Shown here in pieces: positions 54,926 through 64,000 of a DNA stretch of 64,000 nt. The stretch is taken from positions 208,327-272,326 of the forward strand of contig JBFIKF010000004.1 of the NCBI GenBank assembly GCA_041600415.1. The letters are read 5' to 3'. Both the position numbers and the translations under genes were made by a program. The notes beneath the pieces were generated by a model. That model was not told where the DNA came from and searched no databases. It worked only from the letters and a program-made list of their open reading frames with translations. This DNA is from Porticoccaceae bacterium. GTDB lineage: Bacteria > Pseudomonadota > Gammaproteobacteria > Pseudomonadales > Porticoccaceae. Numbering within the stretch: position 1 is the first letter of the stretch; every line of letters starts with the position of its first letter.

Positions 54926-55696
54926 CTACTGATACGCAGTGTACCAGCGTCTGATTTCCCCGACCATGTGCCTGGTCACCGCACTGCGAGCGACGATAAT
55001 CGTGGCTGCACTCAGTCCGCGAACCTGCTCCGCAACGCGCTCCCCGGGTACCAGCAAGCAATGGCGGGCCAGCAGGCTCTGCGCATCCGCGCCGAGCACC
55101 TGTTGGACAGCGTGCATTAATTCAACGCTGTGGATAACCACCAGCAACTCCGATTTTGACGTCAAAATATGCCGCAGTTGTGGCCCGTGCCGGGCATCCA
55201 CCACCCGGCGGTAAAGATCACAATAATCCACCTGTGCACCCCGTGCCACCAACGTATCCGCCAGCAGCGCCCGCCCGCCCTCGCCGCGTACAATCAATAT
55301 CCGTTGCCCACCAACCTGTTGCAGTTGCGGTAGCGCCAGGAGCGCCTCACTACTTGCGTCCCGCGCGGGAACGGTCACTTCCAGGCCCTGCGCACGCAGT
55401 GGTTGAGCGCTGCTGTCTCCCACGGCAAAACACTCTACCTTTAACGGCCACTGACGCCCGTACCATTCCCACCAGGACAGGGTCAGTTGCGCCGCCCGAC
55501 GACTGACAAAAATTGCCTTGTGGTAGTCGCCGAGGCACTGCATCCGCGTGAGCACTTGAGGAGCGTCGACGGCGAACGGGAAAATGCGCAGCACCGGATA
55601 CTCAAACACCTGGCAGCCCAGCGTTGCGAGCTCCGCGATCAGAGGATCGTCCGCGTGTTGCGGGCGGACGATCAACACGGCGGGAGCAGTATTCAT
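54926..55696 (-). CDS. hemD: Uroporphyrinogen-III synthase
   Basis: The ATG at 55696 lies 1 nt downstream of the hemC stop codon (55698-55700) and gives MNTAPAVLIVRPQ. The fold and length are HemD-like. The ORF-track extension to 55843 lies inside hemC. Confidence 0.85.
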   Translation of the reverse strand: MNTAPAVLIVRPQHADDPLIAELATLGCQVFEYPVLRIFPFAVDAPQVLTRMQCLGDYHKAIFVSRRAAQLTLSWWEWYGRQWPLKVECFAVGDSSAQPLRAQGLEVTVPARDASSEALLALPQLQQVGGQRILIVRGEGGRALLADTLVARGAQVDYCDLYRRVVDARHGPQLRHILTSKSELLVVIHSVELMHAVQQVLGADAQSLLARHCLLVPGERVAEQVRGLSAATIIVARSAVTRHMVGEIRRWYTAYQ

Positions 55697-55697
55697 A

Positions 55698-56636
55698 TCA
55701 ATTTCGCTGAATAGCAGCCAATATCTCGCGAGCACCGCTATGCAACAAACGTTCTGCCAGCTCCACCCCCAGTTGCTCCGCAATGGCGGCACTGCCGCGC
55801 AATTCATCACACAACAACTGCGTGCCATCGGGGGAGCCGACACGCGCCCGCAGATAAATTTGGTGATCGCCTTCCAGCTCAGCGTAAGCAGCGATGGGTA
55901 CCTCGCAACTACCGTCCAGATGTCGATTCACGGCCCGCTCCGCCGTGACACAAATCGTGGTCGCCGTGTCGCTCAGTGGGGCAAGTAGCTTAAAGATGCG
56001 CCGATCGTTGCTGCGACACTCAATTCCAATTGCCCCCTGCCCAGCAGCAGGCAGAGACAATTCGGTTGGCAAACGCTGGCGAATACGACCCGCTAAATGC
56101 AAACGCACCAGACCAGCGGTGGCAAGAATAATTGCGTCGTAATCCCCCGCCTCAAGTTTGGCGAGCCGAGTATTGACGTTGCCGCGCAAATCACTGATTT
56201 TCAGATGCCGGTGCGCTGCCCGCAGTTGACATTGGCGGCGCAAGCTGGACGTTCCCACGCGACTACCGACCGGCAGGTCATTGAGACTGGCGTACAAATC
56301 CGATACAAAGGCGTCGCTGGGATCCTCCCGTTCACAAATCGCACCCAGCGATAAACCTCCCGGCAATAACATCGGCATATCTTTCATGGAGTGCACGGCG
56401 ATATCTGCGCGCCCGTCTAACAGCGCCACCTCCAGCTCCTTGACAAATAACCCCTTGCCGCCGATTTTGGCGAGGGAAGTGTCCAGGATCTGATCACCAC
56501 GTGTCGTCATGCCGATGATGTTCACTGACAAGTCGGGGTGGTGGCTTTGCAACAACTGTTTTACGTGATGCGCCTGCCACAATGCCAGCGGACTTTCGCG
56601 GGTGGCAATTCGCAGGGGGGAGTTGGCGGCACTCAT
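55698..56636 (-). CDS. hemC: Hydroxymethylbilane synthase (porphobilinogen deaminase)
   Basis: [22 protein letters not shown] and the cofactor Cys region. Confidence 0.95.
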   Translation of the reverse strand: MSAANSPLRIATRESPLALWQAHHVKQLLQSHHPDLSVNIIGMTTRGDQILDTSLAKIGGKGLFVKELEVALLDGRADIAVHSMKDMPMLLPGGLSLGAICEREDPSDAFVSDLYASLNDLPVGSRVGTSSLRRQCQLRAAHRHLKISDLRGNVNTRLAKLEAGDYDAIILATAGLVRLHLAGRIRQRLPTELSLPAAGQGAIGIECRSNDRRIFKLLAPLSDTATTICVTAERAVNRHLDGSCEVPIAAYAELEGDHQIYLRARVGSPDGTQLLCDELRGSAAIAEQLGVELAERLLHSGAREILAAIQRN

Positions 56637-56706
56637 GGGAAGCTTTCAGCCGAAGGACAACGGGTCGTCATGATAACAGAAGGGAGATTGTCCGATGCAG
56701 ACCAGG

Positions 56707-57444
56707 TCAGATTTGCTCCAGTAGTTTACGCAACGGCCCGATATGACGACGACTCACCTGAGGCTTAATATCGAGCCCTTCAAGGCGTACAAAACACTGC
56801 CCCTCCTTGTCCCGCTCCAGCCCGTCGATATGATTTATTGCCACCAACGCATTGCGATGAATACGCATAAAGCGGCCTTCAAACTCCTGCTCAAGCTCTT
56901 TCAGGGTTTCATCCAGCAGCACTTCACCTTCGTTGTAGTAGGCCGTGACATACTTGTGATCCGCCTGAAACAGGCGTACTTCCGCCACCGCGACCAGATC
57001 GATTCCGCGGCGATTTTTGGCGGCAATATGGGTGCGTCCGCTGGCAGCGAACCCGGGCTTTTGTTGTAACTCGGTGAGCTGCGCTTTATTGACCCGGCGC
57101 GTGCGATTGAGCGCCATCTCCAGGTCTGCCTGTTTGACCGGTTTTAGCAAATAACCGACTGCCTGAGTTGAAAACGCCTGGATCGCATAGTCATCGTACG
57201 CCGTGCAAAAAATAACCGCCGGTGGTGGATCCAGCTCCGCGAGGTGCTGCGCCGCCGCAAGACCGTCCATACCCGGCATGCGCACGTCCATAAAGACCAC
57301 ATCGGGCGAGGTTTCCCGCGCTATTTTAATAGAGTCCTGACCGTTGCCCGCCTGACCGACGATACGGCATCCGCCGAGCGCCAGCACCATGCGCGCAAGG
57401 CGCTCCCGCGCCAGTGGCTCATCATCTACAATCAGTATATTCAT
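56707..57444 (-). CDS. algR: LytTR-family response regulator AlgR
   Basis: Receiver domain ILIVDDEPLARERL...DVVFMDVRMPGMDG and a C-terminal LytTR domain. Synteny algZ-algR-hemC. Confidence 0.85.
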   Translation of the reverse strand: MNILIVDDEPLARERLARMVLALGGCRIVGQAGNGQDSIKIARETSPDVVFMDVRMPGMDGLAAAQHLAELDPPPAVIFCTAYDDYAIQAFSTQAVGYLLKPVKQADLEMALNRTRRVNKAQLTELQQKPGFAASGRTHIAAKNRRGIDLVAVAEVRLFQADHKYVTAYYNEGEVLLDETLKELEQEFEGRFMRIHRNALVAINHIDGLERDKEGQCFVRLEGLDIKPQVSRRHIGPLRKLLEQI

Positions 57445-57446
57445 CG

Positions 57447-58514
57447 CTATTGTGATCCGCTCACGGGATAGCTGATAGATGTTACGTAACGCGTATCATC
57501 AGCCTCAAATCGCAGTTTTGCGCCTGGACCAAAATGGGCCTCCAGTCGATGGCGGACGTTGCTCATTGCCATTTTACTGCCCTTATTATGCTTCATGCGT
57601 GGGTTGCGTGGGTTGCTGACATTAATCTCGATGCGATCGGCAATTCTTTTCACCCGAATCTGAATTTCCCCACCGTCCGGCAACATCTGAATACCGTGGT
57701 AGACCGCATTTTCGAGTACCGGCTGTAACGTCAAGCAGGGTATCTGCACACCCGAGCCATAATCGCCGATTTCCCAGACTGTTTGCAACCGGTCTCCCAG
57801 CCGCAACTTCTCCAGTTGCAAATAACTGCGGGACAACGCCAGCTCTTCGCGCAGCGGCACCAGTGTCTGGGAATCGGTCAATGCACGGCGAAACAGATCG
57901 GACAAATCCTCTACTACCCGTTCCGCTTTTTCAGGATCGGAGCCAATCAGGCTGGCAATCATATTCATGCTGTTGAACAAAAAATGTGGGCGAATGCGCG
58001 ATTGCAGTGCCTGAATGCGCGACTCCAGCTCGGCCCGTTGTTGAATGCGTAACTGCTGCTGTAAAAACAGAAAGCGCAGTACCACGCCGGCCGGAATCGC
58101 CGCTATCAGCACATTTTCCAGCACTTGAGTGGCATCCAGTGGCCGCCCCCTGAAGCCATAGGACAGCAATAGCTCCGCGCCGATGCTGCTCAACAGCGTT
58201 ACGCCCAGAATCAATGCATAGCTAATCAACGCGCCGCTAACGAATGACAGCCCCACCAGTTTTGGATTCGCTTTGCATAACACCAGGGCGCTGAGCAGGG
58301 ATATCCACAGCGCCAAAACTGATATCTGACCCAGCATCATCCAGTTAAACGGATCCAGGCCACCTGCGGCCACGGTAATAAGCAACGCCAGTAGTTCGGC
58401 GATTACCACAACCCCGAGCAACCCTTCGCCGCGACACAGGTCGGGTAAAACATAGTCGACGTCACCAAGGGATACGGGTTTGTGTCTGAGGGAAAAATCA
58501 AACTTCAACTTCAC
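57447..58514 (-). CDS. algZ: LytS/YehU-type sensor histidine kinase AlgZ/FimS
   Basis: Multiple TM helices followed by the phospho-acceptor region RIRPHFLFNSMNMIASLI and an ATPase domain. Confidence 0.82.
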   Translation of the reverse strand: MKLKFDFSLRHKPVSLGDVDYVLPDLCRGEGLLGVVVIAELLALLITVAAGGLDPFNWMMLGQISVLALWISLLSALVLCKANPKLVGLSFVSGALISYALILGVTLLSSIGAELLLSYGFRGRPLDATQVLENVLIAAIPAGVVLRFLFLQQQLRIQQRAELESRIQALQSRIRPHFLFNSMNMIASLIGSDPEKAERVVEDLSDLFRRALTDSQTLVPLREELALSRSYLQLEKLRLGDRLQTVWEIGDYGSGVQIPCLTLQPVLENAVYHGIQMLPDGGEIQIRVKRIADRIEINVSNPRNPRMKHNKGSKMAMSNVRHRLEAHFGPGAKLRFEADDTRYVTSISYPVSGSQ

Positions 58515-58565
58515 ACCTGCTTTTCTCCGCCGCGTTTGCCCTTCAATTCGTTATAATAATATCCA

Positions 58566-58577
58566 TTCACTAGTGAA
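58566..58577. promoter_or_regulatory. Perfect 12-bp palindrome in the algZ/argH divergent intergenic region (candidate operator)
   Basis: TTCACTAGTGAA lies 45 nt upstream of the argH ATG. It overlaps a possible minus-strand promoter, TTCACT-N16-TATAAC. Confidence 0.3.
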
Positions 58578-58621
58578 GCACGTTTCGCACCCGCGCAACA
58601 ACCCTGCCAGAGGCCGCGCCA

Positions 58622-60031
58622 ATGACCGATAAAAAAGCCGCCAACCCCTCCTGGGGAGGGCGTTTCAGCGAAGCCACCGATGCGTTTGTCGCGCGCTTTA
58701 CCGCGTCGGTGAACTTTGATCAACGTCTGTTCCGCCACGACATACAGGGCTCCCTCGCCCATGCGGCCATGCTGCACAAAGTGGGTATTTTAAGCGCGGC
58801 GGAAAACCAGCAAATTGCGGCGGGGCTGCAGGAAATTCTCACTACTATAGAAGCTGGCGAGTTTTCCTGGTCCCAGGACCTGGAAGATGTGCACATGAAC
58901 ATTGAGGCAGCCTTGACCGCAAAGATTGGTAGCGCCGGAAAAAAATTGCACACCGGGCGCTCGCGCAACGATCAGGTGGCGACGGATATCCGTCTCTGGC
59001 TGCGGGACGAGATTGATGGCATCGCCGAATTACTCGGCGCCCTACAGCTGGCCCTGCTGGACCTGGCCGAGCGGGAAGCCCACACCATTTTGCCAGGCCT
59101 GACCCATTTACAGACCGCGCAGCCGGTCACCTTTGGCCACCATATGCTGGCGTGGTTTGAAATGCTGGACCGCGATTATGGACGCCTGCGGGATTGCCGC
59201 AAGCGACTCAACCAATCACCTCTCGGAGCGGCCGCACTGGCAGGCACCACCTACCCCATCGACCGCGCCCTTACGGCGCAACTACTGGGCTTTGACCAGC
59301 CCACGGAAAACTCCCTGGACTCCGTGGGCGATCGCGATTTCGCCATCGAGTTTTGCGCCTTTGCGAGCCTGTTGCTAACCCATTTATCGCGGGCCTCCGA
59401 GGAACTGATTCTGTGGACCTCGTCGACATTTGGCTTTATTCGCCTTCCCGACCGTTTCTGCACGGGCTCCTCGATCATGCCGCAAAAGAAAAACCCCGAC
59501 GTGCCGGAACTGGTGCGGGGTAAGACCGGACGGGTGTACGGCCACTTGCTGGGCTTGTTGACCCTGATGAAAGCCCAGCCTCTGGCGTACAACAAGGATA
59601 ACCAGGAAGACAAGGAACCCCTGTTTGATACCGTCGATACGGTGCGCGACTGTCTGCAGGCCTACGCAGCGATGATGCCCGCAGTGGAAGTCGTAGCGGA
59701 CAATATGCTGGCCGCCGCGCGCCAGGGTTTTGCCACTGCCACCGATCTGGCGGACTACCTGGTACGCAAAAACGTTCCATTTCGCGACGCCCACGACATT
59801 GTCGGTAAGGCCGTCGCGTTTGGTATCGACTGTGGGCGCGATTTATCGCAGATGACCCTGGAGGAGCTACAAAGATTCTCTCCGCACATTGGTGCCGACG
59901 TGTTTGGCGTATTGACCCTCGAAGGGTCTGTCGCCGCCCGCAACCACCTGGGCGGCACCGCCCCGAATCAGGTGCTGGCCGCAGTGGTACGTGGCCGGGA
60001 AAGACTCGCTGAGCGGAAAGTGGACGCGTAA
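58622..60031 (+). CDS. argH: Argininosuccinate lyase
   Basis: Fumarate-lyase signature [12 protein letters not shown] and TGRSRNDQV. Confidence 0.96.
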   Translation: MTDKKAANPSWGGRFSEATDAFVARFTASVNFDQRLFRHDIQGSLAHAAMLHKVGILSAAENQQIAAGLQEILTTIEAGEFSWSQDLEDVHMNIEAALTAKIGSAGKKLHTGRSRNDQVATDIRLWLRDEIDGIAELLGALQLALLDLAEREAHTILPGLTHLQTAQPVTFGHHMLAWFEMLDRDYGRLRDCRKRLNQSPLGAAALAGTTYPIDRALTAQLLGFDQPTENSLDSVGDRDFAIEFCAFASLLLTHLSRASEELILWTSSTFGFIRLPDRFCTGSSIMPQKKNPDVPELVRGKTGRVYGHLLGLLTLMKAQPLAYNKDNQEDKEPLFDTVDTVRDCLQAYAAMMPAVEVVADNMLAAARQGFATATDLADYLVRKNVPFRDAHDIVGKAVAFGIDCGRDLSQMTLEELQRFSPHIGADVFGVLTLEGSVAARNHLGGTAPNQVLAAVVRGRERLAERKVDA

Positions 60032-60038
60032 ATATTGT

Positions 60039-60359
60039 TTAAAACTGTACCCGCACGTCGACTTTGCATTGCTGCGACAAAGCCGCGCTGAGCATATCCT
60101 GCAAGGTCTCTCCGGTGGTCGAACACAACCACACGCCGGCGTCGTAATTAAAATGATAGCCACCGGATTTCGCCGCCATCCAGATTTGCGCCATGGCCGG
60201 TTGTCGAGAAATGATAATTTGCGTCCCGCTCGCTTCGCAGGTGATCGTCAGTAGACCGCTACTGGTCTCCACATCAAGGTCCGCACCACAGGCCTCCAAC
60301 GCCTGATCGAGAGACTCAACCAGGTTTTCGGCCAGAACATTAAATTCAGATTCGTTCAC
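60039..60359 (-). CDS. cyaY: Frataxin-like iron-sulfur assembly protein CyaY
   Basis: 106 aa with an acidic N-terminal helix, LLTITCEASGTQIIISRQ and IWMAAKSGGYHF. Confidence 0.9.
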   Translation of the reverse strand: MNESEFNVLAENLVESLDQALEACGADLDVETSSGLLTITCEASGTQIIISRQPAMAQIWMAAKSGGYHFNYDAGVWLCSTTGETLQDMLSAALSQQCKVDVRVQF

Positions 60360-60467
60360 ATTGCCCTCCGCACAATCGGGTGGCAGTATACGTGATTGAG
60401 CCCTGGCCGGAAGTACCGCTATACTCCGCCTATCATCCCCACTATTATTTTGAGACAGCGCTGGCCT

Positions 60468-60656
60468 ATGAAACCGTTACAACTATCCCTGCTGATTATC
60501 ACCTCGCTGCTCGGGCTCGCAGCCTGTGGCAACAAAGGCCCATTGTATTTGCCGGAACCGGCCGCGCAACCCCAGAGTACTGTTCCCGCCACAACTCTGC
60601 CAGCCACACAACCCGCATCCGAGGACAACTCAGACGCGACTGAAAACGGCACTTAA
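60468..60656 (+). CDS. lptM: Small lipoprotein LptM (YifL-like)
   Basis: MKPLQLSLLIITSLLGLAACGNKGPLYLP has a lipobox (LAAC) plus the conserved GPLYLP motif. The position between cyaY and lysA/dapF matches other gammaproteobacteria. The ORF-track start at 60396 is probably too far upstream. Confidence 0.8.
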   Translation: MKPLQLSLLIITSLLGLAACGNKGPLYLPEPAAQPQSTVPATTLPATQPASEDNSDATENGT

Positions 60657-60668
60657 ACTACCGCCGAC

Positions 60669-61937
60669 ATGAATCATTTCGATTATCGCAACGGCCAGCT
60701 CTATGCCGAGGACGTGTCGTTGGTGAGTATCGCCGAGCGGTACGGAACGCCGACCTATGTGTATAGCCGCGCGGCGCTCACCGAACATTTTCGGGCCTAT
60801 CAGAGCGCTCTCGCGGATTGTGACCATCTGATTTGTTACGCGGTCAAAGCGAACTCAAACATCGCGGTACTCAACCTGCTGGCGCAACTCGGATCGGGAT
60901 TTGATATCGTCTCCGCAGGTGAGCTGGAGCGCGTGCTGGCTGCGGGCGGGGATCCCGCCAAAACCGTATTCTCCGGCGTGGGCAAACAACCGCAGGAAAT
61001 CGCGCGGGCCCTGGAAGTGGGTATTTTCTGCTTTAACGTGGAATCCAGGGCCGAGCTGGACATCATCGACAGGGTGGCGGGCGAGCTCGGGAAAATCGCG
61101 CCGATATCGATACGGGTGAACCCGGATGTGGATGCGGGTACGCACCCCTATATCTCCACTGGATTACGGGAAAACAAGTTCGGTATCGATATTGCCGATG
61201 CGCGTGCTGTCTATCGCCACGGGAGCGCATTACCCCATCTACATATCGTCGGGGTCGATTGCCATATTGGCTCACAGCTCACCAATGTGGCACCGTTTCT
61301 GGCCGCTCTGGAGCGCATTTTATTGCTGGTTGAGCAACTGGCCGAGGATGGTATCGCCATCGAGCATCTGGATTTAGGCGGCGGCCTGGGGGTGCGGTAC
61401 CGGGACGAGACGCCGCCGGACCCGCGCACCTATGTCAACGCGATTCGCCAGCGCCTCGGGCGGCGCGACCTGACCCTGATTTTCGAACCAGGTCGCTCCA
61501 TCGCTGCCAATGCAGGCGTGTTGTTAACCCGCGTCAACCAGCTAAAATCGAACCCTCAAAAAAATTTCGCGATCGTGGATGCCGCCATGAACGACCTGCT
61601 GCGCCCGGCTCTGTATCAGGCTTGGATGGCTATCGAACCAGTGCAGATCACCGGTAACCAGTCAGCTCAATCAAAAATATACGATGTGGTCGGACCAGTG
61701 TGCGAAACGGGAGACTTTCTTGGTAAAAAACGTGAACTGGCGATAGCCCCCGGAGACTTGCTGTGTATCCTTTCGGCGGGAGCCTACGGGTTCGTGATGG
61801 CTTCCAACTACAATACTCGACCGCGGCCCGCTGAGATTATGGTTGATGGGGCAGCGATACACGAAGTGCGCACACGGGAGACTATTGCGGATTTAATGCG
61901 CGGCGAGGCTGTTTTGCCGAATAACCAGGCACCCTGA
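60669..61937 (+). CDS. lysA: Diaminopimelate decarboxylase
   Basis: PLP-lysine motif YAVKANSN, then GGGLGV and CETGD. Confidence 0.95.
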   Translation: MNHFDYRNGQLYAEDVSLVSIAERYGTPTYVYSRAALTEHFRAYQSALADCDHLICYAVKANSNIAVLNLLAQLGSGFDIVSAGELERVLAAGGDPAKTVFSGVGKQPQEIARALEVGIFCFNVESRAELDIIDRVAGELGKIAPISIRVNPDVDAGTHPYISTGLRENKFGIDIADARAVYRHGSALPHLHIVGVDCHIGSQLTNVAPFLAALERILLLVEQLAEDGIAIEHLDLGGGLGVRYRDETPPDPRTYVNAIRQRLGRRDLTLIFEPGRSIAANAGVLLTRVNQLKSNPQKNFAIVDAAMNDLLRPALYQAWMAIEPVQITGNQSAQSKIYDVVGPVCETGDFLGKKRELAIAPGDLLCILSAGAYGFVMASNYNTRPRPAEIMVDGAAIHEVRTRETIADLMRGEAVLPNNQAP

Positions 61938-62003
61938 CGGCGTGTCCGCCAATAAGGATTTTTAGTGCAACGCTTCGCGACACATTAACAACGGAATCAC
62001 TTT

Positions 62004-62834
62004 ATGTTACTGCGCTTCACCAAAATGCACGGCCTGGGCAATGATTTCGTGGTGATCGACGCCATTACCCAGGAAGTACATGTCACCGAAGCGCTGGCCC
62101 GGCGCCTGGCCGATCGGCGCTTCGGCATTGGCTGTGATCAGGTGCTGGTAGTGGAACCGCCCACCGATCCCAATGTGGACTTCGACTATCGAATCTTTAA
62201 TGCCAACGGGGGAGAAGTTGCGCAGTGCGGCAACGGCGCCCGCTGCTTTGCAAAATTTGTGCGTGATCGTAGACTCACTGGCAAACATCATATCCTTGCG
62301 CAAACCAAAGCTGGCGTACTGCAGCTCACCGTCAATCGGGACAACCAGATCACCGTGAATATGGGCATTCCCCACTTCGCACCGCAGGCGATTCCCTTGC
62401 ATGCCGAGCAGGCCGCCCTGCTCTACGATGTGCAGGTAGACGATCAGACAGTGCGCCTGGCGGCACTGTCCCTGGGCAATCCCCACGCCATCGTGCAGGT
62501 ACAGGACGTCACCACCGCTCCGGTTGCCACCCTCGGTGCCCTCATCGAAGCTCACCCGCGCTTTCCCCAGCGGGTCAACGTCGGATTTATGCAGATCCTC
62601 AATCGCGCCGAAATCAAATTGCGGGTGTACGAACGGGGTGTAGGCGAAACCCTCGCCTGCGGTAGCGGCGCCTGCGCTGCAGTGGTGGCAGGAATACAAC
62701 AAGACCTGCTAGACTCAGCAGTCACAGTGCAATTACCCGGTGGCAACTTGCACGTTACCTGGTCAGGAGATGACCAACCCGTCGCCATGACCGGCCCTGC
62801 CACCACGGTCTACCAGGGACGCATAAAAATATGA
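62004..62834 (+). CDS. dapF: Diaminopimelate epimerase
   Basis: KMHGLGNDFVV and the catalytic Cys motifs CGNGARC and ACGSGACA. Confidence 0.96.
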   Translation: MLLRFTKMHGLGNDFVVIDAITQEVHVTEALARRLADRRFGIGCDQVLVVEPPTDPNVDFDYRIFNANGGEVAQCGNGARCFAKFVRDRRLTGKHHILAQTKAGVLQLTVNRDNQITVNMGIPHFAPQAIPLHAEQAALLYDVQVDDQTVRLAALSLGNPHAIVQVQDVTTAPVATLGALIEAHPRFPQRVNVGFMQILNRAEIKLRVYERGVGETLACGSGACAAVVAGIQQDLLDSAVTVQLPGGNLHVTWSGDDQPVAMTGPATTVYQGRIKI

Positions 62835-63526
62835 GTAGCGAAACGCCCCCGACCAGAAAGTCCAACTCGTTGACCGAAGAGCGTGTGGCCGCCTTTCTTG
62901 CCGAACAGCCCGACTTTTTTACACGACACCCCAAGCTTCTCGAAAGTATTCAACTCCCCCATGAAAGTGGACAGGCGGTGTCGCTCATCGAACGCCAGGT
63001 ATCTGTGCTGCGCGACCGAAACATCGAGATGCGCCACCGGCTGAGCAACCTGCTGGAATCCGCACGCGCCAATGACAAGCTATTTGAAAAAACCAAACGT
63101 CTGGTGCTTGCCATACTTGAGGCCCGCGACCTGGCAAGTACGGTGGACACCCTGTACAACAGCCTGCGTACCGACTACCAGTTGGAGTACTACAATCTGA
63201 TTTTGCTCGAAAACAGTAAACAAATCCCGGTCAGCGAAGCCCGGGTGGTAGGTCTCGACGAGGCACACAGCCAGGTGGGCACGCTGCTGCGCAACAATCG
63301 CGCCATATGCGGCATTTTACGCCCTGATGAAACGGCATTTCTGTTTGGTGAGGATGGCACAAAAATTGGCTCCGTCGCGGCAGTACCCCTCAGCCACGGC
63401 CACACCTTCGGGATTCTTGCCATCGGCCACTCGGATCCCAAATATTATCGCAGCAGCATGGGCACCTTATTTTTGAGTTACATCGCCGAGATACTAAACC
63501 GGGTTATTCCACGGCTTATCACCTAG
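62831..63526 (+). CDS. DUF484-family protein (YigA-like)
   Basis: 231 aa with FLAEQPDFFTRHP and SLIERQVSVLR. Conserved position between dapF and xerC. Confidence 0.8.
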   Translation: MSSETPPTRKSNSLTEERVAAFLAEQPDFFTRHPKLLESIQLPHESGQAVSLIERQVSVLRDRNIEMRHRLSNLLESARANDKLFEKTKRLVLAILEARDLASTVDTLYNSLRTDYQLEYYNLILLENSKQIPVSEARVVGLDEAHSQVGTLLRNNRAICGILRPDETAFLFGEDGTKIGSVAAVPLSHGHTFGILAIGHSDPKYYRSSMGTLFLSYIAEILNRVIPRLIT

Positions 63527-63538
63527 TGGGGTAATGCC

Positions 63539-64000
63539 ATGTCCGACCCCAGGGCAACGCTTCCGTTCCAGCTCCAGGCACATGCATTTGCGGATTATCT
63601 GCGCGACCAGCGCCGAGTTTCCGCGCACACCTTAACAGGCTATCTACGCGATGTAAGGAAATTTCAAAATTGGGCGACGCACGCCGGTCTCGCTAACCTA
63701 CAGCAAGTAGACGACCAACATATTCGCCAGTGCCTTGCCACGCTGCATCGCAGCGGATTGGCGCCAGCCAGCCTGGGGCGCTGGCTCGCATCACTGAGAG
63801 CCTTTTTTAATTTCGCGGTACGCCGCAAGTGGATTGCGTCCAATCCTGCCACGGGCATCAGTGCACCCAGGGGCCAGCGCAAGTTGCCTAAAACCCTGGA
63901 TGTCGATCAAACCGGACAGTTTGTGGCAGTAGCTGGCGACGACTGGTTTACCTGTCGCGATCGGGCCATTGTGGAGCTGCTGTATTCTTCAGGGCTGCGG
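63539..64000 (+). CDS. xerC: Tyrosine recombinase XerC, N-terminal part (runs off the window)
   Basis: Not in the ORF track because it is open-ended. My hand translation from the ATG at 63539 gives MSDPRATLPFQLQAHAFADYLRDQRRVSAHTLTGYLRDV...RDRAIVELLYSSGLR with no stop through 64000. Synteny dapF-yigA-xerC. Confidence 0.88.
   Translation, partial: MSDPRATLPFQLQAHAFADYLRDQRRVSAHTLTGYLRDVRKFQNWATHAGLANLQQVDDQHIRQCLATLHRSGLAPASLGRWLASLRAFFNFAVRRKWIASNPATGISAPRGQRKLPKTLDVDQTGQFVAVAGDDWFTCRDRAIVELLYSSGLR

Noticed and set aside
63539-64000. A tyrosine recombinase at the window edge, considered as a possible phage or island integrase.
   Set aside because: The N-terminal sequence and the conserved dapF-DUF484-xerC arrangement identify it as the chromosomal dimer-resolution recombinase XerC.

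Overview
The window is a gammaproteobacterial chromosomal segment with Pseudomonas/Cellvibrionales-like gene order. Most of it is housekeeping. In order it carries the rpoD 3' end and tRNA-Ile2(CAU), galE-waaG-waaP (LPS core), and a 7-gene atu-like acyl-CoA carboxylase operon. Then come orn/rsgA/psd, hemE, gltBD, aroKB, pilMNOPQ divergent from PBP1A, and cysQ/nudE/yrfG-like/hslR/hslO/pckA. It ends with hemYXDC-algRZ divergent from argH, followed by cyaY-lptM-lysA-dapF-DUF484-xerC. I saw no CRISPR array, IS element, prophage, integrase-bounded island or recognisable defence or toxin-antitoxin module. The only clearly accessory stretch is about 5.2-10.5 kb, a partly AT-rich cassette placed directly after waaP. 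It encodes a polysaccharide pyruvyl transferase, a translationally coupled uncharacterised protein with a PP-loop-like motif and a QueC-like cysteine cluster, a GT2 glycosyltransferase, a probable glycosyltransferase remnant and a PAPS-type carbohydrate sulfotransferase. This is the best candidate for an undescribed system, possibly a pyruvylated, sulfated or amidated surface glycan. All functional calls rest on motif recognition in the supplied translations and on synteny. No database search was possible.
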